The position numbers and the translations under genes were made by a program. This document shows, in pieces, positions 28,812-38,808 of a stretch of DNA of 64,000 nucleotides (position 1 is its first letter; each line of letters starts with the position of its first letter). The DNA is from a virus: positions 1 through 64,000 of IMG/VR virus record IMGVR_UViG_3300028196_000006. One strand, given 5' to 3'. A model generated the notes under the pieces. The model worked only from the letters and a program-made list of their open reading frames with translations, did not search any database and was not told the origin of the DNA.

Positions 28812-30674
28812 ATGGCAGTAGTTTTTAAACCTTTTGAAACAGATTACGGATATTCATCACCAGGATTCACGGTTGATGTAAACGGAAATGTCACAGTACG
28901 TACTATCACAAATACATACACTCCTCCAGTTATTCCACCTGCACCAGATTTTAACATAAATGAAACTGCGGGTGAATTTACAATTTTAAACAAAGGAGTT
29001 GCAGTTGCCGGAGATAATCCAGTTATTACTGTAGAAAGAGGAACAACTTATACATTTGTTATAGATACATCCAGTCTTGCTTTTAACATTTACAAACCAG
29101 ATGTTGCTAATACTGCCATTCCAGGACAGTTATATAATGAAGGGTTATCTCATACCAACACAGTTACAGGATTAAATTTACAATCAAGCACGTTAACTTT
29201 TCCTCAGACTTGGGAACAAGAGCAAACAGGGTACAATAGAACTGCTCAAGTAGTAGTACCTATCACAACAGGTACACCACTAGAAGGTAAAAAAATTCCA
29301 GTTGTAATTTCATTACATGATAAAGGATTTACTCAAGCAAACGGTATTACAAATGTAAACTTTATCTCAGACAAAATTTTAATTGCTCCACAAGGATACA
29401 GCAATGAATGGAATGTGGGTTATCAAACGTCAAAAGCAGATGACATTGCGTTAATTGATTCTATAATTTCTAGTTTTAGTCAATACGACAATGTGGACAC
29501 AAGAGATATCACAATAATAGGGTATGGTAATGGAGCACAATTGGCATTACAATATACAAACTATTCACAAAATGCATCAGTGAAAAATATTATTACATTT
29601 AATGGATTATTAAATAGTGATCAATACCTTTCAACAGATCATACTTTTTACAATTACACATTAGATCCTCAAAACCAAGACAATTCAACTGTTATAAATT
29701 GGACAAGTGTCACACCACTAGGTAGTAAAAATATATTAATGTTTAATGGTAAAGATGATTTACAATTTCTTTTCAATGGTGGAACTATCGATGGACAAGA
29801 ATTTTACAGTGCAGAAGATACTGTGTATGGAATGGCTCAAGCAGATAGCACAATTGAAACTAAACTACTAGCAGGAACCACAGAAGCAGATGGAAGCCTA
29901 AGTTATTCTTATGATAATAATTCAATAAGAATGTATGCTTTCACAGGAGTTGCCAGCAATTTTACAACATATCAAAACTCTATTAGACAAAGAATTAACA
30001 CATCTATTGCTACAAGCTCATATTTAAATATTCCAGTTGCAACAACTTTAACAGAAGCAGAAGCTCAAGGAAAACAATCAGGAACGTTAACTTATGCTGT
30101 TCCTATTGATGCTCCAGATTCAATTTTTTATGCAGACTCAGATGGTACTCCTTATGGTACACTTACTGTGGCCCAGCCAAGTATTATTGGAGCAGGTGTT
30201 TTCAGTTCGATATTAGATACTGGCGATTTATTAGCAGAAGGCGTCAATGCAGAAATAAGATTAAAACCTACTGGAACAGGCACAGTCACTATAAATCCTG
30301 CCACAGTAGGAACAATCACCAACATGAACATCAATGCACAAAATTTATCAACCAGTGGTCAGGTTAGTTTAACACCCAATGCTGACGTAACATTGAGTCC
30401 ACAAGCAGGTGGAACGCTCACAGTAAGACCAACAGACGTTGGTGTTGTAGACAATGTTACAATAGGGTCTGTAATACCAGGAAATGGAACCTTTTCGACA
30501 TTGAATTCTTCGCAAGGAACGTTAAATAACACTACAATAGGATTAACATCTGCAACGTCGGCGGCATTTACACAAGCAACCGTGACAAACAATCCGACAA
30601 GTGCAAATGATGTTACTAAAAAGCAGTATGTCGATAACACAGCCACAGTGTTAGCGATAGCATTAGGAGTATAG
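28812..30674 (+). CDS. Virion protein with a nested, degenerate alpha/beta-hydrolase (PHB-depolymerase/LpqC-like) domain
   Basis: PVVISLH, LIAPQG, DDIALID, IIGYGNGAQLA and MFNGKDD, flanked by the two halves of a cupredoxin-like module; ends ANDVTKKQYVD...AIALGV. Confidence 0.6.
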   Translation: MAVVFKPFETDYGYSSPGFTVDVNGNVTVRTITNTYTPPVIPPAPDFNINETAGEFTILNKGVAVAGDNPVITVERGTTYTFVIDTSSLAFNIYKPDVANTAIPGQLYNEGLSHTNTVTGLNLQSSTLTFPQTWEQEQTGYNRTAQVVVPITTGTPLEGKKIPVVISLHDKGFTQANGITNVNFISDKILIAPQGYSNEWNVGYQTSKADDIALIDSIISSFSQYDNVDTRDITIIGYGNGAQLALQYTNYSQNASVKNIITFNGLLNSDQYLSTDHTFYNYTLDPQNQDNSTVINWTSVTPLGSKNILMFNGKDDLQFLFNGGTIDGQEFYSAEDTVYGMAQADSTIETKLLAGTTEADGSLSYSYDNNSIRMYAFTGVASNFTTYQNSIRQRINTSIATSSYLNIPVATTLTEAEAQGKQSGTLTYAVPIDAPDSIFYADSDGTPYGTLTVAQPSIIGAGVFSSILDTGDLLAEGVNAEIRLKPTGTGTVTINPATVGTITNMNINAQNLSTSGQVSLTPNADVTLSPQAGGTLTVRPTDVGVVDNVTIGSVIPGNGTFSTLNSSQGTLNNTTIGLTSATSAAFTQATVTNNPTSANDVTKKQYVDNTATVLAIALGV

Positions 30675-30680
30675 AAAAGA

Positions 30681-33600
30681 ATGGCAAAAAAACGTATTAA
30701 CACATACAAATTTACACCAGGAATACCACAATCTGGAAACCTTTATCCCAATGCATGGGCACAAATCAATGCCAACAAAGAATGGTTAAAAGATGAATCC
30801 AATGCTTTCTTAGATTTTAAAATTACTGAAGACACAGCGGCAAATTTATATCCAAATGCAACATTAAGATATCTTAACAACAGAGAATATGTAAAAGCAG
30901 AAGTGGCGGCATGGGTGGCTGTACAAGTTGCTGGAAACATTGCACCGTTTGCCGGTTACACTGCCACAGCAACACAAATTAAAAATGATTTAGAAAAAGT
31001 TTTACAATCAGCATATCTTGATATGAGATATGGTGGTAATGAAAATATTAGAACACAATCACAAACTTATTATGTAGACGGAGTACTTCAACTGGCATCT
31101 GCTGGTGAACCTGAATTAGCATATTGGACAAAAGCCAAACAAATTATAGATTTATATATTTTCACAGGATTAGCATACGGCACAATTAATGGAGATGGAT
31201 TATCACAAAACTCCACAGGATCAAATGCAGAAACAAATGGTAAAACATCATTTGCGGCAAACATGGCTGTGATCGATAATGTTGTGGATAACGGCATTTT
31301 AAATTTACCAGCACTATCAAGTTCCGTGTATGCGTTTGCCAATTTTACTTATGACAGTGCTCTATGTGAAAGAGACATGGGCTATAACATTGATGGTATA
31401 TTAACAGACATAAGATATGGTGGAAATCAACAATCAAGATTTAATGCATCAACTTATTGGGTTGGTACAGTATCAGTTTTGAGTGGTGACAAACAACCTG
31501 AATTACAGGTAAAAAATGAAATAAAAAATATCATTAATAATTATGTGATACCAGGTGTTGCTTTTACGTCAAAACAATCACCGGTGGTAACACAACAAAC
31601 AATATTAGGTACACCAGGTGAAGCAGGAGCCACTGCAAGAGTGACTACTTTGTTTGGAATAATTACAGATGTAATTGAAAACGGATTAGATAATTTACCA
31701 ACACAGATCAACAATGGAATTTCAAGTGTAAAAATTCCTGAAAGAGTGGAATTAGCAGAACTATTATTGATCACAAATGCTACATCGAATGCAGTTTTAT
31801 ACACATTCAATGATCCAGCAAAAGGCGCCACAACTTTTTACAGAAGAGAATTTACTACAAACACATCAAACCCAACAGCATTTGTTGATCCAGATTTTCC
31901 TAAAGCATTTCATGGCAATGACACAATCACAACAATATTTTTAAATGCAGATACATCTGCAGATGATGTAACAGACCAATTACAAATTTTTGTTGAAGAT
32001 GATGAAATAAGAACTCGTCCATATGACTTTGGAACAGATGCAATTGAAAGAATGAGAGTTGCACAACCTGAGTCAATGCTTGACGCTGACTTTGAATATG
32101 GTCTTCAGCCAACCAAGTGGCAAGCAATTGCGACACAAAGAGGTTATCCTTCAATTTATGAAGTTCCAGGAACTGACTATGATTTAGCGTCAGTGGCATC
32201 AGATGCTTCAGCAGGAACATCAGGTATTGGTTCATCTTTGATCACAATAACAACAATTGGACCACATGGTTTTGAGCCTGGACAACCGTTTACAATAACA
32301 GGATTTGATAACTCAGTTGCAGGTGCAAGTAGAGCCGCAGGTTCGTTTGTGGTTAACACAGTGCCATCATCAACAGTTTTTAACTATTATGGAAAAGCAA
32401 AAGTTGGAACAGTAAATCCTACAACAATTTCTACAAATTTCACTCAGTTGAGAAAAGGTGATTTTTACACAGGTGCATCAATTGGATTTCCGTCATTCAG
32501 TATACAATCAAATGGATCATCAGGAAATTTTGTAACCAGTTTAGCAACACTATCAGGTTCTACAATTTTACCGTACACAGGTGTTCAACCTGAAATAGGA
32601 GCACCACTTACAGGAACAGGAATTCAGACAGGTACACAGATTACAGCAGTTAATGGAACTGGTGGAGCATTAGCATCTCCCACAGTGACAGGAGATTATT
32701 CATCAGGTGCAACATCAATTACTGTGGCAGATTCTGCAGGAATTATTCAAAACTCTGTGATTGACAGAGGTGACGGATTTGCAGTAACAATTATCAATGT
32801 TGTAGGAAACGAATTAACATTGAGTGCACCATTAAATCAAAACTTGATTGGTGATGTTACTCAGTACACAAATTTAGCAGGTGTAAATTACACTCCAGCA
32901 GGACAGTTGGGAAGATTCGACATATTCAGAGTTGGTGGAGCATACTCTGTATCATTAGTGACTAATGGACAAGTAGGTACAGGACAAGATTATGCTGTAG
33001 GTGATGTTGTTGTTGTAAGTGGTACTATTTTAGGCGGAGCAACACCAGCCAATGATGCTTTTGTAACTGTAGAATCAGTAGACACTGGCGGAGAAATTTT
33101 AACAGCATCCATCACAGGTACATCATTCACAGGCGAAGGCACAGCATCAGCAGTGTCACCAGTGTTCCAAGGTGGTGCAGGAACAGGTGCTCAAATAAAT
33201 GTAACAAAAAATGCATCAACATACACAGTGGCATTGAACAGTCCTTCATACACAGACGTGGCTACATCAGCATACGCAGGAGGATCTGGTATTGGTGCAA
33301 TTTTTGATATAGATGTAGACGGAGCGACATACACTGTAACAGTTGACACAGCAGGAACAGGATACATTGCCAACGATGTTATAAGAATAGCAGGTTCTAC
33401 ATTTGGTGGAACAGGCACAAATAATTTAGACATCAGAGTAACTGCTGTAGGCGGTTCAGGAGAAATTCAAACAATCAATGTGGCAGGAACAGCACCAGAT
33501 CAAACGGTGAATTATGTTTCACCAACATACACAACAGCAAGTGCTGGAGGTGTAACAGCAAACTTCACAGTAACTAGAACAGGCACGGCATACTCTGCTG

Positions 33601-36600
33601 TGGTAACAACAATTGGTTCAGGATATTCAGGGGCAGAAACTCTTGTGTTTGCAGGAACACAACTTGGCGGAGCAACACCAGCCAATGATGCAACATTAAC
33701 TATTGGATCTGTTGATGGTAATGGTGGAATTTTAACTTTCACAATAGCAGGAACATCAGTAAACACACAAACATATCCAAATCAAAACACAGGTTCAAAC
33801 ATTGTAGGATCAAATGCTAGTTTTGATGTGGCAATTTCAGGAACTGGTTACACAGTAACTTTAAACACTGCTGGTGACAACTACGGTGTTGGACAAACAC
33901 TTACAATTCTAGGAACAAGTTTAGGTGGAGCAACACCAACCAATGATGTGTCAATCGCAATTGATACAGTTACAGGCGCAGGTGCCAGTGCAATTGCAAC
34001 AATTACAGCAACAGGTACAGCGGCATTGGAAGGTACATCAGGATACGCAATAGGAGATCAATTGTTTGTTAGTGGATCTGACTTAGGCGGAGCAACACCA
34101 ACCAATGATGCATATGTGTCGATTGCAACAGTTAATGGCAATGGCGGAATTACAAGTTTAGCAATCAGTGGAACACGCACAGATGCCAATGTAGATTACA
34201 CATCAGTAACTTGGAGCACTACAGGCTCAGGAACAGGTGCAGTGATTGACATTAACAGAACAGGTACAACATACACAGCAACATTCACAAACACTGGTGC
34301 CTCATTTGCAGGATCAGACACAATTACAGTTTTAGGAACAGCACTGGGTGGATTAACGCCAGCCAATGATGTAACAATCGCAGTTGATACAGTTACAGGA
34401 GGTGCAATAGCCACGTACACTGTGACAGGAACAGCAGTGAATACTCAAACATTCACAAATGTAAACAAATCAAACAGAACACCTTCAGGATTATTAATGA
34501 ACGTGACACTGAATTCAGGTACATACACATTGGCAGTTGCTAATGGTGGTAGCGGACATGCACCAGACCAAGTATTCAAAATATTAGGTACATCGGTTTT
34601 TGGATCTTCTCCTACAAATGATTTAACATTCACAATTGCAGGTATAGATGCTGTGTCAACAGGTTCAGTTACTTCTGTATCAGGAGCAACAGGAACAGCA
34701 AACACAGGAACAGGTAATGCATTAAATGTTGCAGGCACAAACAGAACTCCAATAGGAGTTGGTGCTCAATTCAGTATCACAAGAACTAATGATACAGATT
34801 CATCAACTGCTTACACAGAATGCCAAGTGATTCAAGAAGGTTCAGACTATGGTGTGGGTGATAAAGTTATAATTTCAGGATCAAGTTTAGGCGGAACAAC
34901 ACCAGCCAATGACGTAACTGTTCAAATACAATCAGTATCTTCATTTGGTGGTGCATTATCTAATACACACTCAGGAACAGCAGTTGGAGGAACAGGATTA
35001 AGTGTTTATTCATCAGTAACCATTTCAGATCCAGTTTCACAAGCAATTCCATTAAGTTCAACAATTTCTTATTCAGCATTGGCAACAATGAGAGTTAATT
35101 TCACAACACCACATGGACTTGTTCCAGGTAATGCATTCTTGGTTGTAATACAATCAGATGACGGTTCAAACAATCACATACTTGCATCAGGACCGTTCTT
35201 GGCAACTTCTATTCCATCTACAACAAGTTTAACATATCAAGTGAGATCACCAGGCGCTATTACAGATGCTGGTTGGCAAGGATCGATATATGGTAGACCA
35301 GATTCATTCTTTGTACACAGACCATTCGATGGTGGTGTTCAATTAGGAACAGGTGGTCCGGCACACGGTGCTCAAGCAATACGTCAATCTAAAAAATATA
35401 TTAGATATCAATCAGGTAAAGGTTGTATGTACACAACTGGTGCTCTATTTGCTCCAAGTTATGACATTCTAAACATTACTGCTGATGGAATTAATGCAGG
35501 TTCAACAATATCAGTAACAACAGATGATGTTGACCACAACTTACAAGTTGGTGCTGTTGTGAGATTAGTAGGTGTAGCAACATCAGGGTATGATGGACAA
35601 TACACAATAACGGCAGTTACAAATGAAAGAACATTCACAGTGATTGCACAAATCACTTTGGGAGGAACAACTCCTGAATTTACAGATCAACCACAAGTAT
35701 CATTGTATCAATGGAATGGTGCAACAGTTAGATCAGGTATATTTGATGATCAAAACGGAATTTTCTGGGAGTATGATGGACAAAACACAAATGCTGTACA
35801 AAGAACTGCCACAAGACAATTGGCTGGTACAGTCACAGTTACACCTAATTCAAATGCTGTAACAGGTGTGGGAACAAGATTTAGAGAACAAATTAAAGCA
35901 GGTGACAGAGTTGTAGTCAGAGGTATGACACACGTGGTATCAAGTGTTACAGATAACACAACGATGAGTATTACTCCAGATTACAGAGGTGTTAACATAT
36001 CAGCAGGTGTTAAAATGTGTGCTGTGGTTGATAAAAAAGCAAAACAATCAGAATTTAACAAAGACGTGTTGGACGGAACAGGACCAAGTGGATACAACTG
36101 GGACGTGTCTAAAATGCAGATGATTGGGATACAATTTTCATGGTATGGTGCTGGGTTTATTGACTGGATGACTAGAGGTCAAAAAGGTAATTTCATATTT
36201 GTTCACAGAATGAGAAACTCAAACGTAAACACAGAAGCATTTATGAGAACAGGTAACCAACCTGTGCGTTATGAAGTAACCAACGAAGGACCAGGTGCAA
36301 AATTAATTGAAAATATGGATTCAACACAAACCACACTTACTGTGGAAGATGCTTCATTCTTACCGCAAACAGGTGGTACAGTTTATATTGATAACGAAGT
36401 TATAACATTTACAGGTATTACAGGCGACACATTAACAGGATGTACAAGAGCGGCACAACTTACAAACTTTGCGGCAGGTGCCACAAGAAATTATTCAGCA
36501 GGTGCGGCGGCGGCTCACTTCAGAAACACTGGAGTTGTGTTGATATCCAACACAGCATCTCCGATCATATCACACTGGGGTTCAGCATATCTAACAGATG

Positions 36601-37715
36601 GTAATTTTGATGAAGACAGAGGATACCTATTCAGTTACTCAGGTACTGGATTAAATCTATCCACAATTAGACAAACAGTATTCTTAATGAGACTGGCTCC
36701 TTCAGTATCCAATGCCTTAACTGGTGATTTGGGAGACAGAGACTTATTGAACAGAGCCCAGTTGCTACTAGATGGTATTGAAATTACTACAGAACCAATC
36801 TCAGGTGGTGGTACACAAGGTCAGTTGGTTATTCAGGGAATTATTAACCCACAAAACTATCCAATTGATCCAGCAGATATAGGTTGGACAGGACTGCAAG
36901 GAACAGCACAAGGTGGACAACCAAGTTTTGCGGAGATTGCTCCGGGTGGTTCAGTTAACTGGAACGGTGGTGCTAGTACTACACAAGCAACAGCAACCAC
37001 TCAAGCAGAAATGACATCTACATCCAATCACTGGTTTAACCTAGGTGGTAACAGAGATTATGCTTACTTCTTGGAAGCAGAATGGGAAAACAAAGGACAT
37101 GTGGTGGGTATGCGTGTTACTTCTGCTCAATTCCCTTCCAACACTGTGGTAACACAGATTCAGAATAATGGATCTTACTATTTTGTGAGATTTTCAAATA
37201 GACACACAGGTATATCGGGCGGACAGGCTGTAACTTTTGCATACGGTGGTGATCAACTAAACAGTAACTTCTTGTTCTTTGATCCAACATCATGGGAAGC
37301 CGCTGGTGCTGTGAGTGGTACAGAAGTTGACACAGCAACAACAACTGAATTTCCACCAGGATCAACTGTGCAAAGTGTACAGGCTAAAACTGTATTTGGA
37401 TCAACTGAATATTATAGAGTTGATTTTAACCAATCATTTACTGGCACAATTGCCGCGGCAAGTGACGTATCATTTTCTTTTGGACAACCTCCTTATGCAC
37501 AACCTGGAGAAACTATTTTCTCTTTCGTTGCACAACCTGGAGAAAGAGCGACATTAGGATTAGACAAAATCAAAGCATTAACCAACACCACTTTGGGTGG
37601 TAGAGGTACGTTCCCGAATGGTCCAGACGTGTTGGCCATCAACGTATTTAGAACTGCTGGTACAGGTAATGTATCATCTACAATTACGTTACGTTGGTCT
37701 GAAGCACAGGCTTAA
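30681..37715 (+). CDS. Giant virion protein, 2344 aa, with ~8 GxTPxND repeats
   Basis: Thr/Gly-rich; repeats LGGATPAND; DADFEYGLQPTKW and RQSKKYIRYQSGKG blocks of the kind seen in T4-like virion proteins. Confidence 0.7.
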   Translation: MAKKRINTYKFTPGIPQSGNLYPNAWAQINANKEWLKDESNAFLDFKITEDTAANLYPNATLRYLNNREYVKAEVAAWVAVQVAGNIAPFAGYTATATQIKNDLEKVLQSAYLDMRYGGNENIRTQSQTYYVDGVLQLASAGEPELAYWTKAKQIIDLYIFTGLAYGTINGDGLSQNSTGSNAETNGKTSFAANMAVIDNVVDNGILNLPALSSSVYAFANFTYDSALCERDMGYNIDGILTDIRYGGNQQSRFNASTYWVGTVSVLSGDKQPELQVKNEIKNIINNYVIPGVAFTSKQSPVVTQQTILGTPGEAGATARVTTLFGIITDVIENGLDNLPTQINNGISSVKIPERVELAELLLITNATSNAVLYTFNDPAKGATTFYRREFTTNTSNPTAFVDPDFPKAFHGNDTITTIFLNADTSADDVTDQLQIFVEDDEIRTRPYDFGTDAIERMRVAQPESMLDADFEYGLQPTKWQAIATQRGYPSIYEVPGTDYDLASVASDASAGTSGIGSSLITITTIGPHGFEPGQPFTITGFDNSVAGASRAAGSFVVNTVPSSTVFNYYGKAKVGTVNPTTISTNFTQLRKGDFYTGASIGFPSFSIQSNGSSGNFVTSLATLSGSTILPYTGVQPEIGAPLTGTGIQTGTQITAVNGTGGALASPTVTGDYSSGATSITVADSAGIIQNSVIDRGDGFAVTIINVVGNELTLSAPLNQNLIGDVTQYTNLAGVNYTPAGQLGRFDIFRVGGAYSVSLVTNGQVGTGQDYAVGDVVVVSGTILGGATPANDAFVTVESVDTGGEILTASITGTSFTGEGTASAVSPVFQGGAGTGAQINVTKNASTYTVALNSPSYTDVATSAYAGGSGIGAIFDIDVDGATYTVTVDTAGTGYIANDVIRIAGSTFGGTGTNNLDIRVTAVGGSGEIQTINVAGTAPDQTVNYVSPTYTTASAGGVTANFTVTRTGTAYSAVVTTIGSGYSGAETLVFAGTQLGGATPANDATLTIGSVDGNGGILTFTIAGTSVNTQTYPNQNTGSNIVGSNASFDVAISGTGYTVTLNTAGDNYGVGQTLTILGTSLGGATPTNDVSIAIDTVTGAGASAIATITATGTAALEGTSGYAIGDQLFVSGSDLGGATPTNDAYVSIATVNGNGGITSLAISGTRTDANVDYTSVTWSTTGSGTGAVIDINRTGTTYTATFTNTGASFAGSDTITVLGTALGGLTPANDVTIAVDTVTGGAIATYTVTGTAVNTQTFTNVNKSNRTPSGLLMNVTLNSGTYTLAVANGGSGHAPDQVFKILGTSVFGSSPTNDLTFTIAGIDAVSTGSVTSVSGATGTANTGTGNALNVAGTNRTPIGVGAQFSITRTNDTDSSTAYTECQVIQEGSDYGVGDKVIISGSSLGGTTPANDVTVQIQSVSSFGGALSNTHSGTAVGGTGLSVYSSVTISDPVSQAIPLSSTISYSALATMRVNFTTPHGLVPGNAFLVVIQSDDGSNNHILASGPFLATSIPSTTSLTYQVRSPGAITDAGWQGSIYGRPDSFFVHRPFDGGVQLGTGGPAHGAQAIRQSKKYIRYQSGKGCMYTTGALFAPSYDILNITADGINAGSTISVTTDDVDHNLQVGAVVRLVGVATSGYDGQYTITAVTNERTFTVIAQITLGGTTPEFTDQPQVSLYQWNGATVRSGIFDDQNGIFWEYDGQNTNAVQRTATRQLAGTVTVTPNSNAVTGVGTRFREQIKAGDRVVVRGMTHVVSSVTDNTTMSITPDYRGVNISAGVKMCAVVDKKAKQSEFNKDVLDGTGPSGYNWDVSKMQMIGIQFSWYGAGFIDWMTRGQKGNFIFVHRMRNSNVNTEAFMRTGNQPVRYEVTNEGPGAKLIENMDSTQTTLTVEDASFLPQTGGTVYIDNEVITFTGITGDTLTGCTRAAQLTNFAAGATRNYSAGAAAAHFRNTGVVLISNTASPIISHWGSAYLTDGNFDEDRGYLFSYSGTGLNLSTIRQTVFLMRLAPSVSNALTGDLGDRDLLNRAQLLLDGIEITTEPISGGGTQGQLVIQGIINPQNYPIDPADIGWTGLQGTAQGGQPSFAEIAPGGSVNWNGGASTTQATATTQAEMTSTSNHWFNLGGNRDYAYFLEAEWENKGHVVGMRVTSAQFPSNTVVTQIQNNGSYYFVRFSNRHTGISGGQAVTFAYGGDQLNSNFLFFDPTSWEAAGAVSGTEVDTATTTEFPPGSTVQSVQAKTVFGSTEYYRVDFNQSFTGTIAAASDVSFSFGQPPYAQPGETIFSFVAQPGERATLGLDKIKALTNTTLGGRGTFPNGPDVLAINVFRTAGTGNVSSTITLRWSEAQA
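33025..34925 (+). repeat. Intragenic repeat array (ggYggagcaacaccaRccaatgatg core)
   Basis: Near-identical cores at ~33033, 33666, 33924, 34086, 34346 and 34890, plus two degenerate copies; one further copy at ~9534 in another gene. Confidence 0.75.
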
Positions 37716-37837
37716 TGGACCAACAGATCAAACATATATGCGAGACGTGTGGGTGTGAACAACACTGCAAAAAATCGTGTGGAGAATGTCTAGATTGTCC
37801 AGACTGTGGTTGTAAGGAATGTATTAACAAAGACTGA
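37715..37837 (+). CDS. Metallothionein-like peptide, 40 aa (missed by the ORF track)
   Basis: MDQQIKHICETCGCEQHCKKSCGECLDCPDCGCKECINKD; 10 Cys and 2 His; ATG overlaps the upstream stop (TAATG). Confidence 0.7.
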   Translation: MDQQIKHICETCGCEQHCKKSCGECLDCPDCGCKECINKD

Positions 37838-37841
37838 TAAG

Positions 37842-38429
37842 ATGAATTATAATAGGCTTCGTGTACTGGAAAGAGAAAACCCACACAAAGAACCTGAACG
37901 ATGTTTTGTTTTACAAAAATTAATTAAAAAACACAATTTAAAAAAAGGCGCTGAACTAGGAGTTAGAAGCGGCGAACTTTATTATTTTTTATTATCTCAT
38001 TGTCCTGAACTTACCCTGATTGGTGTAGATTTGTACGAAAGTCAACCAAATGGAAGTACTGATCCTCAACGAAAAAGAACATATGATCAACCTCATATGG
38101 GGTTTAGTTATGATCACTCACTGTATTACAATTTCATAAAAGAGTTACAAAATGAATTTGGAACAAGAGCTCAATTTATAAAAGATTGGACTTCAAATGC
38201 GTCTTTATTAATTGAAGATAATTCATTAGATTTTGTGTTTTTAGATGCTGATCATGGATTTGATGGATGTTCGCAAGATATTGAAAAATGGACACCAAAA
38301 GTTAAATCTGGTGGATTTATAACAGGACACGACTTCTGGTTGTCAGGAGTAAAAAAAGCAGTACAAAAATATTTTGGCAACGATTATAAGAAACACCCAG
38401 ATCACGTCTGGATACATCAAAAAAAATAA
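37842..38429 (+). CDS. Class I SAM-dependent methyltransferase (Methyltransf_24-like)
   Basis: GAELGVRSG, IGVD, LDFVFLDADH, GGFITGHD; ATG 37842 follows the peptide stop. Confidence 0.8.
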   Translation: MNYNRLRVLERENPHKEPERCFVLQKLIKKHNLKKGAELGVRSGELYYFLLSHCPELTLIGVDLYESQPNGSTDPQRKRTYDQPHMGFSYDHSLYYNFIKELQNEFGTRAQFIKDWTSNASLLIEDNSLDFVFLDADHGFDGCSQDIEKWTPKVKSGGFITGHDFWLSGVKKAVQKYFGNDYKKHPDHVWIHQKK

Positions 38430-38430
38430 A

Positions 38431-38808
38431 TTATTTTTCTTCTATTTTTTGTGAATCGCCAGGAATGATTCTATAATTGTCTTCTGGATCGTCAGCAGTG
38501 CTCACTTCAGTGATGCTACCTCGATCAGTTAAACATTGAACTTGATGTGGCATTAGAGGTAAATTTCTCCATGTTTCACCTTCTTTAAGTTCTTTTGTTA
38601 ACAGAGATGCAGTTTGAGTATCTATCCAACTTAAAAGGAATTTTCCTTCGTTCACAAACCAAGTTTCATCTTTGGTTTTGTGAAAATGCATTGAGAATTT
38701 AGCACCTTTGCGTTCAAACACCATGATTTTTCCACAGTACTTGTCATTGGAAGCCCAAATTAATTCGTATCCCCAACCTTTATCTACTTTTCCTTCTTTA
38801 TTAATCAT
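38431..38808 (-). CDS. Cupin, sugar isomerase-like
   Basis: KGWGYE, SMHFHKTKDETW, PHQ, EVST. Confidence 0.75.
   Translation of the reverse strand: MINKEGKVDKGWGYELIWASNDKYCGKIMVFERKGAKFSMHFHKTKDETWFVNEGKFLLSWIDTQTASLLTKELKEGETWRNLPLMPHQVQCLTDRGSITEVSTADDPEDNYRIIPGDSQKIEEK

Noticed and set aside
8742-37715. Diversity-generating retroelement or CRISPR array behind the repeats
   Set aside because: No reverse transcriptase, no adenine-specific TR/VR pair and no regular repeat-spacer array was seen; the repeats are in-frame protein repeats.
37806-37841. Track start for the methyltransferase, and similar upstream extensions at 24517, 41982, 44436, 44547, 46908, 54450 and 55075
   Set aside because: The extensions overlap neighbouring genes or promoters; downstream ATGs fit the promoter, SD or coupling pattern better.
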